Assembly (NCBI GenBank): GCA_002686295.1
Contig: NZBB01000006.1
Location: 2,084-58,771 of the forward strand
Direction: 5' to 3'
Origin: Candidatus Woesearchaeota archaeon
GTDB taxonomy: Archaea; Nanobdellota; Nanobdellia; Woesearchaeales; GCA-2686295
Length of the DNA: 56,688 nt
Of this stretch, positions 25,747 through 34,833 are shown in pieces. Numbering within the stretch: the first letter of the stretch is position 1; each line of letters begins with the position of its first letter. The notes under the pieces were generated by a model, which was given only the letters and a program-made list of their open reading frames with translations, ran no database searches and was not told where the DNA came from. A program made the translations under genes and the position numbers.

Positions 25747-26754
25747 ATGGTTAGAGTTGCTATAAATGGATTTGGTAGAATAGGAAGGATGGTTCTAAAG
25801 GCAGGAATAACAAATCCTTTTAGAGAAATGGGCGAATCAGAAATTGAATTTGTAGCTATTAATGATTTAACAGACACAAAAACCTTGACTCATTTATTCA
25901 AGTATGATTCTGTTCATGGTGCTTTCAAAGGAAATATATTGCATGGTCATAATGAGATTATAATTAATAATAAACACATAAAGGTTTTTTCTGAAAAAGA
26001 TCCTGAAAAACTTCCATGGGGAGACTTAAGAATTGATGTGGTTATTGAAAGTACAGGTTTATTTCGTAAAAAAGAAGATGCAAAAAAGCATTTAAGAGCC
26101 GGAGCTAAAAAAGTTTTGATAACTGCCCCTGGAAAAGGTGTTGACTTCTCGTTTGTTAAAGGTGTTAATGAACATTTGTACAACAGAGAAATTCACCACA
26201 TAGTTGACAATGCTTCATGCACAACTAATTGTTTGGCCCCTATTGTAAAAGTTTTGAACGATAATTTTGGTATTGAAAAGGGTTTCATGACAACTGTTCA
26301 TGCATATACTGCCGACCAAAAACTTATTGACGCACCTCATAAAGACTTAAGAAGAGGAAGAAGTGCAGCAATCAATATTGTTCCTACAACTACTGGTGCA
26401 ACTATTGCTGTTGAAAGAATTATTCCTGAACTAAAGGGAAAATTAGGTGGGATGGCTATGAGAGTTCCTGTTGCTAATGGCAGTATAACTGATTTCGTTG
26501 CAATTCTAAATAAAGAAGTTAGTGTTGAAGAAATAAATTCTCTATTCAGAAATGTCAGCGAGCAACATTTGAAAGGAGTTTTAGAATATAGTAAAGAGCC
26601 GCTTGTAAGCACAGATATAATTGGTAATTCTAATTCTTGTATTTTTGATTCCCTATCAACACAAGTAAATGGTCTGCTGATTAAAGTTATTGGCTGGTAT
26701 GATAATGAGTGGGGTTACAGCAGCAGAATAATAGAAATTCTTAAAATACTTTAA
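25747..26754 (+). CDS. gap: glyceraldehyde-3-phosphate dehydrogenase, class I (bacterial/eukaryotic type)
   Basis: NGFGRIGR, active site ASCTTNCLAP and WYDNEWGYS. GAGGT SD lies 7 nt upstream. Confidence 0.9.
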   Translation: MVRVAINGFGRIGRMVLKAGITNPFREMGESEIEFVAINDLTDTKTLTHLFKYDSVHGAFKGNILHGHNEIIINNKHIKVFSEKDPEKLPWGDLRIDVVIESTGLFRKKEDAKKHLRAGAKKVLITAPGKGVDFSFVKGVNEHLYNREIHHIVDNASCTTNCLAPIVKVLNDNFGIEKGFMTTVHAYTADQKLIDAPHKDLRRGRSAAINIVPTTTGATIAVERIIPELKGKLGGMAMRVPVANGSITDFVAILNKEVSVEEINSLFRNVSEQHLKGVLEYSKEPLVSTDIIGNSNSCIFDSLSTQVNGLLIKVIGWYDNEWGYSSRIIEILKIL

Positions 26755-27438
26755 TTATTTTTTCATGAAAAAACATCTTTTTTCTTTATCAAATCTTTCT
26801 ATAGCATACCTGAGCATTGTTCTGGGCATTTGTTTAAGGTGTTTTTTTAAGAATTTCTCTTCTGTTTCTTGATCTCTTTTACCGATTTCTCTAAGCATCC
26901 AACCTACTGCTTTATGTATTAAGTCGTGTTTATCATCAAGCAGAATATTTGAAATTTTTAAGCTGTGTTTGAATTTGTTTTTCTTAATAAAATAGAATGT
27001 TGAAATTATCGCAATTCTTCTTTTCCATAAATTTTTTGAAACTGCAAATTTATAAAGTATTTTCTTATTTTTGTCAAATAGGTATTTGCCAACAATTTTA
27101 TCTGCTGTTAAATCAACCAAATCCCAATTATTTACTGCTTTAATGTTATTAATGTAAAACTTGTAAATTCTTTCTTCATTATTTGGGAATTGCTTGACAA
27201 GTATAAACAACCCAAGAAGTCTTTCTTCATGTATGTCTGAATCTAATAAAATTTTTATGTTTTCTAAATCTAATTCCTTAAACTTTGTGGCCGTTTTTCT
27301 TATATCAGGAACATAAATTCCAAAGAATTTGTCTCCTTCACCATACTCTCCTTTTCCTGTCTTGAAAAACCTGCATACACCTGATACTCTTTCTCTATGA
27401 GCATATTTTCTCAATTCTTTTTTAACAACCTCAATCAT
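26755..27438 (-). CDS. DNA alkylation repair protein (AlkD-like HEAT-repeat family)
   Basis: 227 aa and helical. The NNWDLVD motif and overall pattern fit the DNA_alkylation family. Confidence 0.7.
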   Translation of the reverse strand: MIEVVKKELRKYAHRERVSGVCRFFKTGKGEYGEGDKFFGIYVPDIRKTATKFKELDLENIKILLDSDIHEERLLGLFILVKQFPNNEERIYKFYINNIKAVNNWDLVDLTADKIVGKYLFDKNKKILYKFAVSKNLWKRRIAIISTFYFIKKNKFKHSLKISNILLDDKHDLIHKAVGWMLREIGKRDQETEEKFLKKHLKQMPRTMLRYAIERFDKEKRCFFMKK

Positions 27439-27535
27439 CCTTCTTAAAACAAATAAATTATAATTATAAAACTTTTGAAATTCAATTTGTTAAATTTTAG
27501 TTAATTTTTTAAACTTGTTTCTCATTTTTCTATTT

Positions 27536-28666
27536 ATGAGAACTTTAACTCAAGTTGATATAACAGGTTTAAGGGTTCTTTTGAGAGTGGATTACAATGT
27601 GCCACTTGATAAAAACGGTGAAATAGCTGATGATTTCAAGATAAAAAAGAGTTTACAGACTTTAAGATACATCTTAAAGAGGGCAAAACAAGTTATAATA
27701 ATTAGTCATTTTGGCAGACCTGAAGGCTCTTTTAACCCTCGTTTAACTATGGATGGGGTTGCAATCAGGCTTATGAAGCTTCTTGGAAAAAATATTGTGA
27801 AACTTGATGACTGCATTGATGTCGGAGTGCCTGAAAACAAAGTCATATTGCTTGAGAATCTTAGATTTCATAAAGGCGAAAAAGAAAATAATGAATTATT
27901 TGCCAAAAAACTTTCTTCTCACGCAGACATATTTGTAAATGATGCGTTTAGTGTTTGCCACAGAAATCATGCTTCTGTTACTGGTATCACAAAATTTCTG
28001 CCCAGCTGTGCAGGTTTTCTCGTTCAAAAAGAAGTTGAAAATCTTAATTTCAAAAATGCAAAAAAACCATTTATGATTATTATGGGCGGTAGTAAACTTT
28101 CAACAAAGTTTCCAGTTATTAATTCATTGATTTCAAAAGCTGATAAAGTATTGTTAGGTGGTGCAATGATATTCACATTTTTCAAGGCGAGCGGTAAAAA
28201 TGTTGGAAAATCTTTATATGAAGAAAAACTAATGGTTGCAGCTAAACTTCTTATCAACAATGAAAAATTACTACTCCCTAAAGATATTGTTTGTGCACCT
28301 AATCTTAAAAGTTCAAAATTAAAAGTTGTTAGTCCAGACAACATTGCTAAAAATTTGATTGGATTAGATGTTGGAGAAGAAAGCTTAAAAGAGTTTAAAA
28401 AAGTTTTAAAGGAAGCAAAAACTGTTTTTTGGAACGGTCCTCTTGGTTATTATGAGATTGAGTCTTTTTCAAAATCTACTTATGAAATGGCTAAGTTCTT
28501 GTCTGAATTGAGTGCCAAAGTAATTATCGGAGGAGGTGATAGTGCAGCTGTTGTACATAAGCTTGGTCTTGTTGATAAGTTCTTTCATGTTTCCGCTGGT
28601 GGCGGTTCTTCCTTAGAATTTATTAAAGATGGCACTTTACCAGGACTCGAAGTATTGAAACATTAA
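27536..28666 (+). CDS. pgk: phosphoglycerate kinase
   Basis: LRVDYNVPL, ISHFGRP, NLRFHKGE and GGGDSAAV motifs. Start at ATG 27536. Confidence 0.9.
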   Translation: MRTLTQVDITGLRVLLRVDYNVPLDKNGEIADDFKIKKSLQTLRYILKRAKQVIIISHFGRPEGSFNPRLTMDGVAIRLMKLLGKNIVKLDDCIDVGVPENKVILLENLRFHKGEKENNELFAKKLSSHADIFVNDAFSVCHRNHASVTGITKFLPSCAGFLVQKEVENLNFKNAKKPFMIIMGGSKLSTKFPVINSLISKADKVLLGGAMIFTFFKASGKNVGKSLYEEKLMVAAKLLINNEKLLLPKDIVCAPNLKSSKLKVVSPDNIAKNLIGLDVGEESLKEFKKVLKEAKTVFWNGPLGYYEIESFSKSTYEMAKFLSELSAKVIIGGGDSAAVVHKLGLVDKFFHVSAGGGSSLEFIKDGTLPGLEVLKH

Positions 28667-29883
28667 TTATCTTCAATAATAACAGAAAATTCTTCCATAA
28701 TTTTTTTCACTTCTTGTTTTATAAGTTTTGGATTAGCATTTTTTATTTTCTTTTTTAATTCTTTTATTTCTGCTTTTTTATTCTCTATATCCCTTTTTCT
28801 TTTTTCAAGTTTCATTTTATATTCAGATATCTTTGATAAAGAATTATTTTTATTTAGCTTGTCTTTTATTTCACTCTGTTCTTTTATGGCTTTTCTCAGT
28901 TTATTCCTTTTTTCTTTCAAGAATTCTTTGCTTAACTTTTTTATCTCTTCTTCTGTTTTTTCTTTCTTCTTGTCCTTTAATCCTAGCTTGTTTATTGATA
29001 GAAGCATTTTATCCATAACTTCTGATATCGCTATTTCTTCATCTTCAATAATTGCTTTTGAGGGGTTTTTAATATATTTATCTAACAATGTTTCATTTAA
29101 TGAAAGTCGTTTGTACTTTTTGAAAGCTTTTTCTAATGTTGAAAAATGTGTTAATAATTCTTTTTTCATATTTTGTATTTCTAAATCAATTTTTTGTCTT
29201 TCTTTTTTCAATTCATAATAGTCTGAGTATTCGGAACCATTCTCAAGTTTTTTTATATCTAAAACGGATTTTTTCTCTTTCTTTTCAATTTCCTCTAGTT
29301 CCAATATTCTTTTCTTCTTTGATTCCTTTAAAGCAACCATTGTTTCTTTAGCATTATGAAATTGTGAGAACAATTCTTTTAGTTTAGATATTTCTTCAAG
29401 TTTTTTTTCTTTCATTAAGAAGTTTAATCTTTTGGCCGAATCTTCTATTTCTTTTATTTTTCTAACTACTGTAACCAACTCAGTTTCTACAAATTCTTTT
29501 AAAACCATAAAACTCCTCTGTGTTTCCTTGCTCAGATAATCAATTTTCTTTGACAATTCTTTCGAGAATTCCTTTACTTCACCACATAATTTAGGAGGTT
29601 TTATCTCATCAAGAAACAGATTTATTTTTCTTAAATAATTTTTCTTGTTTCCTTCCATTATCTGTTTTACTCTTTGAGGTATGTCCTCATTCATAAGTGC
29701 TGCACCATCAAGTTTTTTCAAAAGTTCTCGAGCTTCTTTTATTCTTGTTTTTGTTTCTTTTTTGAATGAATTTATTATTTCTTCTATACTATTATCTTTC
29801 ATATATTTCTCAGACCAATTTTCAATCTGATTAAATTTTATTCTTTTCTCTTTTTTTTTCTTTAGAAAATCAAATATCCCCAT
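28663..29883 (-). CDS. K/E-rich coiled-coil protein with amphipathic N-terminus
   Basis: 406 aa with a long uninterrupted ORF in low-complexity Lys/Glu heptad-like sequence. N-terminus MGIFDFLKKKK. No enzyme motifs. Confidence 0.6.
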   Translation of the reverse strand: MGIFDFLKKKKEKRIKFNQIENWSEKYMKDNSIEEIINSFKKETKTRIKEARELLKKLDGAALMNEDIPQRVKQIMEGNKKNYLRKINLFLDEIKPPKLCGEVKEFSKELSKKIDYLSKETQRSFMVLKEFVETELVTVVRKIKEIEDSAKRLNFLMKEKKLEEISKLKELFSQFHNAKETMVALKESKKKRILELEEIEKKEKKSVLDIKKLENGSEYSDYYELKKERQKIDLEIQNMKKELLTHFSTLEKAFKKYKRLSLNETLLDKYIKNPSKAIIEDEEIAISEVMDKMLLSINKLGLKDKKKEKTEEEIKKLSKEFLKEKRNKLRKAIKEQSEIKDKLNKNNSLSKISEYKMKLEKRKRDIENKKAEIKELKKKIKNANPKLIKQEVKKIMEEFSVIIEDN

Positions 29884-29974
29884 CTTTTTTATTATAATAT
29901 CACCTTATTTTTAATGATTTCGCTGATTTCTCTTTTTAATTAAATTTTTATAGCTAAAGGTTTTTTATTTACTC

Positions 29975-30295
29975 ATGGTTGCCAAACATTCAAGGAAACC
30001 CTCTAGTCATTTAAGGATTGCAAAAAACAGAATAAAAACTTTGTTCTTTAATGCTGATGAGATTTTTCCTGAAAGTCCTGAGTTATCAGATAGATATGTT
30101 TCTTTGGCTAGAAAAATATCTATGAAATACAAAATAAAACTAGAATCTGAGTTTAAAAGAAAGTTTTGTAAACATTGTTACAAATATTTAAGACCAAGTG
30201 TTAATTGTCGTGTCAGAACTATTTCTAAAAAACTTGTTTATTCTTGTTTTAACTGTAAAAAATTTTCTCGTTTTCAAATAAAGAAAAGCGATTAA
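29975..30295 (+). CDS. rnp4: RNase P protein component 4 (Rpp21/Rpr2)
   Basis: Helical N-terminus (RIAKNRI...YVSLARKIS) followed by zinc ribbon CKHC...17...CFNC. Confidence 0.8.
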   Translation: MVAKHSRKPSSHLRIAKNRIKTLFFNADEIFPESPELSDRYVSLARKISMKYKIKLESEFKRKFCKHCYKYLRPSVNCRVRTISKKLVYSCFNCKKFSRFQIKKSD

Positions 30296-30375
30296 CTACT
30301 ACACAATAGTTATAAATCGAAAGATTTAAATATTAGTTCTCACATTTTAACCACTATAAAGAGGTGAAACGTAGA

Positions 30376-30786
30376 ATGCTTGAAAAAATAATGCGAACAG
30401 GAAAAAGTAATATTGGAAAAATCATGATAGTTGGTGCAATTTTGATTGGAGGTTATAAAACAACTGATTTAATCAAGAACCCAACATTTGCAGACTTTCC
30501 AAATGAAAAATACGCCATCATAAAAGAATATATTCCAACAAAAACAAACATGGTTACATTCGATATGCTGTCAGGTAAAGACAGAAACTATACGTCTATA
30601 AGAAGTTTGAACTCAAAAATCAACGAAACAATAACAGGCACAAAACAGCCAATGAAAGGGGAAGATGTAGCTTACTTAAAAAATATCCGACAGCTAGATA
30701 ATGAAAAAGGATACACCATAAAAGATATCATCAATATTTACGAAACAAATCCTGATTCTCTTAGAAAAATAGCCATAAAGAGGTAA
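30376..30786 (+). CDS. hypothetical N-terminally anchored protein
   Basis: GAGGTGA SD lies 8 nt upstream of ATG 30376. Single TM (IMIVGAILIGG). No family recognised. Confidence 0.5.
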   Translation: MLEKIMRTGKSNIGKIMIVGAILIGGYKTTDLIKNPTFADFPNEKYAIIKEYIPTKTNMVTFDMLSGKDRNYTSIRSLNSKINETITGTKQPMKGEDVAYLKNIRQLDNEKGYTIKDIINIYETNPDSLRKIAIKR

Positions 30787-30963
30787 TTTAAATGGATAAT
30801 TTATTAATAGAAGAAGAGGAAGAGCTTCGAAAAATAAAACATAGTTCAAAAAAAAGAACTCTCGCAGATTTAAACAAAAAAAATCTTTCAAGCAACGACC
30901 TTGAAGAGATATTCTGTGAAATTTAGGAAATCCTTTTAAATCATTTTTATTTCTTAAATAAAT

Positions 30964-31542
30964 ATGAAAAAGATAGGTTGGGGTGCTGAAGCAACTATAT
31001 TCTTAGAGAACAACCGAATATTTAAAAAAAGGTTTAAGAAAAATTATCGTATTGAAGAAATAGATTCTGTTCTTAGAAAAAATCGGACAAAAACAGAAGC
31101 CAAAATTCTTGAAAAAATACCAGTGAAAGCTCCAAAATTGCTAAAAACAGATAAGAAAGAAATTATTGAAATGGAGTTTATTAAAGGCGAAAAAATAAGA
31201 GATATTCTTGATGAAAAACCATTTCTTTGCGAAAAAATTGGAATAGGAGTTGCAATAATGCACAACTCAAGAATAATTCATGGTGATCTTACAACATCAA
31301 ACATGATTATGAAAGATGAAATCTTCTTTATAGACTTTGGATTGTCTTTCTTCTCAGAAAAGATAGAGGACAAAGCAGTTGATATCCATCTATTCAAACA
31401 AGCATTAGATAGCAAGCACTATTTAATTAGTGAAGATGCTTTCAAACTATTTTTAAAAGGATACTCAAAAGTAAATAATTATGAATTAATCATTAACAGA
31501 TTAAAAATGGTTGAATCAAGAGGAAGATACAAGAAAAAATGA
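30964..31542 (+). CDS. bud32: Bud32/PRPK kinase (KEOPS subunit)
   Basis: 192-aa minimal kinase: GAEATIF, catalytic HGDLTTSNMI, IDFGLS and DKAVDIHLF. Confidence 0.85.
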   Translation: MKKIGWGAEATIFLENNRIFKKRFKKNYRIEEIDSVLRKNRTKTEAKILEKIPVKAPKLLKTDKKEIIEMEFIKGEKIRDILDEKPFLCEKIGIGVAIMHNSRIIHGDLTTSNMIMKDEIFFIDFGLSFFSEKIEDKAVDIHLFKQALDSKHYLISEDAFKLFLKGYSKVNNYELIINRLKMVESRGRYKKK

Positions 31543-33233
31543 AGTTAATAAAATTTCTTCTAATAATGCTACTTCTTCCAATTGTACAAGCAAAAACAGA
31601 TAGCATAACACTCTTAACAATTGGAGGCGTAAATGACTTGAAAGGAGGAACAGCAGACATATTTCTAGAAATAAAACCAGGCAAAGGCGCAATATTCATA
31701 GATTCATTTCCATTAACAAAATTAGACACACAAATATCCACTAGATTTGCAAATCAAGTTGCTTGCGACTTTTTAAAAAAAGATTGCTACAAATACGATT
31801 TTTTCTATACTATTAGAGCTAAAGCAAGCATGGTTGGTGGTCCTAGTGCAGGAGCAGCAATAACTATTCTGACAATAGGTGTTTTGTCAAACCTTGAACT
31901 AGGAGAAAACACAGTTATTACTGGCACAATAAACTCCGGCGGATTAATAGGCCCTGTTGCAGGATTAGAACAAAAAATTAATGCTGCTATCGACAAAGGT
32001 TTCACAAAGATAATAGTTCCAAAATGGCAATCAGATATAAATTTCTCAGATATTAAAGTTGATAAAAAAACAAAAATTGTAAAAGTAAAAAATCTTGAAG
32101 AAGCACTATATCATTTTTCAGGTAAACAATTTTCAAACAATGATGCAGAATTGGCTATTTCAAAAGATTATTCTCTGAAAATGGAAGAGATTGCAAACAT
32201 ATTATGTGAAAGAAACCAAATAATAAAAAAAAATATGACTGCATCAAACGAGTCTTTGTTTATTTTTGCAGATAATTTTTTGAACCTCTCCAAAGATTCT
32301 GATTCGGAAAGGAATTATTATTCAAAAGCCAGTTATTGTTTTTCTGCAAGCCTAAAATTTAGAACTCTCGAATACACAAATAAAAGCCAAGAAGAATTAA
32401 AAAAAATATTTAATGAAACCATTTTAGAGTTAGAATCATTCAATTCTTTAATAAATGAAATTGAAATTATTAGTTTGAATGACTTAGAAACTTTTATGAT
32501 TGTTAAAGAAAGATTAATTGATGCTAAAAATTATGTTGATGACATTAATGTTGAAAATATCTCTTATTCATTATTGGCTTATGCAAAAGAACGACTTTTT
32601 AGTGCAGTTGCTTGGTCAAAGTTTTTTGACTTGGAAGGACAAAAAATTGAGCTCAATGATGAACATTTAAGAAATGTGTGCCTTAGAAAAACTGCTGAAG
32701 CTGAAGAAAGAATAAATTATGCTGAATTATATCTTCCAGGGTTTCTTGAAAGTGTAAAAAAAGAAGTTTTAGAAGCTTTTGATAACTACAACCAAGAAGA
32801 GTTTGCAATTTGCATATTTAAAGCCAGCAAAGCAAAAGCTGAAGCGAATATTTTACTAACCGCACTAACAACTCATCAGGATGATTTAGAGAATGTTCTT
32901 GAGGAAAAGTTTGAAGCTATAAAAAAAATCCTTCTTGAACAGGAGAAAAAAAATGTTTTTCCATTGCTTGGCTATAGTTATTATGAATACGCAAAAACCC
33001 TTATTGAATATGATACCAGTTCAAGTTTAACTTTTGCAGAATATGCTTTAGAACTTGGCAGATTAGATCTTTATTTTCCTAAAAAAAGAACTGTTTGGAT
33101 TAATTTCGATATTGAATCATTGAAACTGTTTTTTTTTGGACTCATAATTGGCGCTTCATTAGTAATATTGTTTAAGTTGAAAAACCCTGGAAGATTCCAA
33201 GAATATCGGAATCTCCCCGGGAAAAAGAGGTGA
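31539..33233 (+). CDS. exported Lon-type (S16) serine peptidase domain protein with C-terminal TM anchor
   Basis: Signal peptide ending VQA. Lon proteolytic domain with GGPSAGAA (catalytic Ser) and LEQKINAA (Lys). No AAA+ module. Long helical region and a C-terminal TM. Confidence 0.75.
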   Translation: MKLIKFLLIMLLLPIVQAKTDSITLLTIGGVNDLKGGTADIFLEIKPGKGAIFIDSFPLTKLDTQISTRFANQVACDFLKKDCYKYDFFYTIRAKASMVGGPSAGAAITILTIGVLSNLELGENTVITGTINSGGLIGPVAGLEQKINAAIDKGFTKIIVPKWQSDINFSDIKVDKKTKIVKVKNLEEALYHFSGKQFSNNDAELAISKDYSLKMEEIANILCERNQIIKKNMTASNESLFIFADNFLNLSKDSDSERNYYSKASYCFSASLKFRTLEYTNKSQEELKKIFNETILELESFNSLINEIEIISLNDLETFMIVKERLIDAKNYVDDINVENISYSLLAYAKERLFSAVAWSKFFDLEGQKIELNDEHLRNVCLRKTAEAEERINYAELYLPGFLESVKKEVLEAFDNYNQEEFAICIFKASKAKAEANILLTALTTHQDDLENVLEEKFEAIKKILLEQEKKNVFPLLGYSYYEYAKTLIEYDTSSSLTFAEYALELGRLDLYFPKKRTVWINFDIESLKLFFFGLIIGASLVILFKLKNPGRFQEYRNLPGKKR

Positions 33234-33324
33234 GTATTAAATGACGTTAGAATCGTTAATCCCCTCTTCAAGAATAGTATATTAAGGATATTATTTAAAT
33301 CTTTCGATTTATAATCATTCAAGA

Positions 33325-33846
33325 ATGGTAACAAACAAAAAATGCGGTAGGTGTGGAGAAAAAGCACTTGTTAAACTCAGTTATACTAAAAGAATTTACT
33401 GCAACGAATGTTTTATTAGAATGATTGAAAAAAGGATTAGAAAAGACTTGCGAATAAACAAGAAAATCGGTGAAAAAATAAATTTGCTGCACGATGATTC
33501 TAAAGAATTCAGAATTGCAAGATTATTTCTAAAAAACATATTTGGCTCGTACAAAAAAATAATTGAAGTGAAAAAAGCCAACAAAAAAACATTGATTGCA
33601 ACTAATCTTGACAGAGAAATAAAAAAACATCTTGAATCATACTTAAAAAATGAAACTTTTAGAAAAAATAACAATAACAACGTCTTGAATAATGTTTTAG
33701 AAGAAGAAATAATAAAAGTTTGTCAAATTAAAAAACTATCTATAGGAAAAAAAGAAATAAAAAATGAATTAATAGAAACTATTGAAAAGAAGTATAGTGG
33801 AACAAAGTTTGCATTAGCAAAAAGTTTCGAAAAAATAATTTCGTAA
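33325..33846 (+). CDS. zinc-ribbon protein, truncated TtuA/NcsA-like without an intact PP-loop
   Basis: N-terminal CGRC...CNEC followed by F..IEKRIRK, as in TtuA/NcsA-type enzymes. LHDDSKE stands where SGGKDS is expected. Only 173 aa. Confidence 0.45.
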   Translation: MVTNKKCGRCGEKALVKLSYTKRIYCNECFIRMIEKRIRKDLRINKKIGEKINLLHDDSKEFRIARLFLKNIFGSYKKIIEVKKANKKTLIATNLDREIKKHLESYLKNETFRKNNNNNVLNNVLEEEIIKVCQIKKLSIGKKEIKNELIETIEKKYSGTKFALAKSFEKIIS

Positions 33847-33902
33847 ATTTTCCGAAAAAAAGCAGGAAGGACATATAAAGAATTCTTACTTAAACAAATA
33901 TT

Positions 33903-34808
33903 ATGAATTCAAGATTTCTTATCATGATGCTTTTGTTTATTTGTGCCTGCAAAGAAATACCCTCTGAGAAAGGAGAGATAAAAATTTATTTCTGTCCAGA
34001 AGATAACTGTGAACAAGCAATAATAAACACGATAAATAATGACTCAGAAGTTTTGTGTGCGTTTTATGATTTAAATCTTAAAAATCTAACTTCTAGCTTA
34101 AAAAAAGCGAGAGCCGAAGTGCTGATATTCAAAGAAAATTTTGAAGGATACGGCATACCAATAAATAGTAAAGGACTTATGCACAATAAATTCTGCATTA
34201 TCAACGCCGAAAAAATAATTACTGGCTCATTTAATCCTACTTTTAATGGCAATTATTTAAACAATAATAACTTGTTGATTATCAAATCAAAAAACCTTGC
34301 AAAAAATTACTTAGCAGAAATTAAAGAACTGAGAAAAGGAATGCAAAAAAAAACTTCTGAAAAAAACATTCTTTTAAATGACAAATTGGTTGAAAACTAT
34401 TTCTGCCCTGAAGACAACTGCAAAAAAGAAGTATTGAAAAAACTAAGATATGCTAAAAAAAGCGTTTATTTCATGACTTTCTCATTCACAGATAAAGAAA
34501 TAGCAAAACTTCTTGTTGAAAAAAATCAAAAAATAAACATTGTTGGTATAATGGAAAGAAAACGTACCAATATGAAATACAATGTTTTTCATTATTTAAA
34601 TAATTCAGGAGTTGAAGTGATGCAGGATAATAACCCTGGAACAATGCATCACAAGGCGTTCATAATAGACGAAGAAATAGTTATTACAGGAAGCTATAAT
34701 CCAACAAAGAACGGAAATGAAAAAAACGATGAAAACATTTTAATAATACACGATTCAAATATTGCAAAAATTTATCTTGAGGAGTTCTATAAAATAAAAA
34801 ATTATTAA
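33903..34808 (+). CDS. phospholipase D / Nuc-like HKD-superfamily lipoprotein
   Basis: Lipobox-like LLFICAC. Two HKD motifs (MHNKFCIIN...GSFNPT and MHHKAFIID...GSYNPT). Confidence 0.85.
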   Translation: MNSRFLIMMLLFICACKEIPSEKGEIKIYFCPEDNCEQAIINTINNDSEVLCAFYDLNLKNLTSSLKKARAEVLIFKENFEGYGIPINSKGLMHNKFCIINAEKIITGSFNPTFNGNYLNNNNLLIIKSKNLAKNYLAEIKELRKGMQKKTSEKNILLNDKLVENYFCPEDNCKKEVLKKLRYAKKSVYFMTFSFTDKEIAKLLVEKNQKINIVGIMERKRTNMKYNVFHYLNNSGVEVMQDNNPGTMHHKAFIIDEEIVITGSYNPTKNGNEKNDENILIIHDSNIAKIYLEEFYKIKNY

Positions 34809-34833
34809 AAAGAAACAAAACAATAAAACATAG

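Noticed and set aside
28663-29883. Repetitive A/T-rich periodic sequence that might suggest a tandem repeat or CRISPR-like array
   Set aside because: It is one continuous 406-codon ORF encoding a Lys/Glu coiled coil. There are no exact repeat units or spacers.
30792-30872. Small acidic ORF (MDNLLIEEEEELRK..., 26 aa) in the spacer before bud32
   Set aside because: It is too short, has no SD and no recognisable motif, so it is not reportable.
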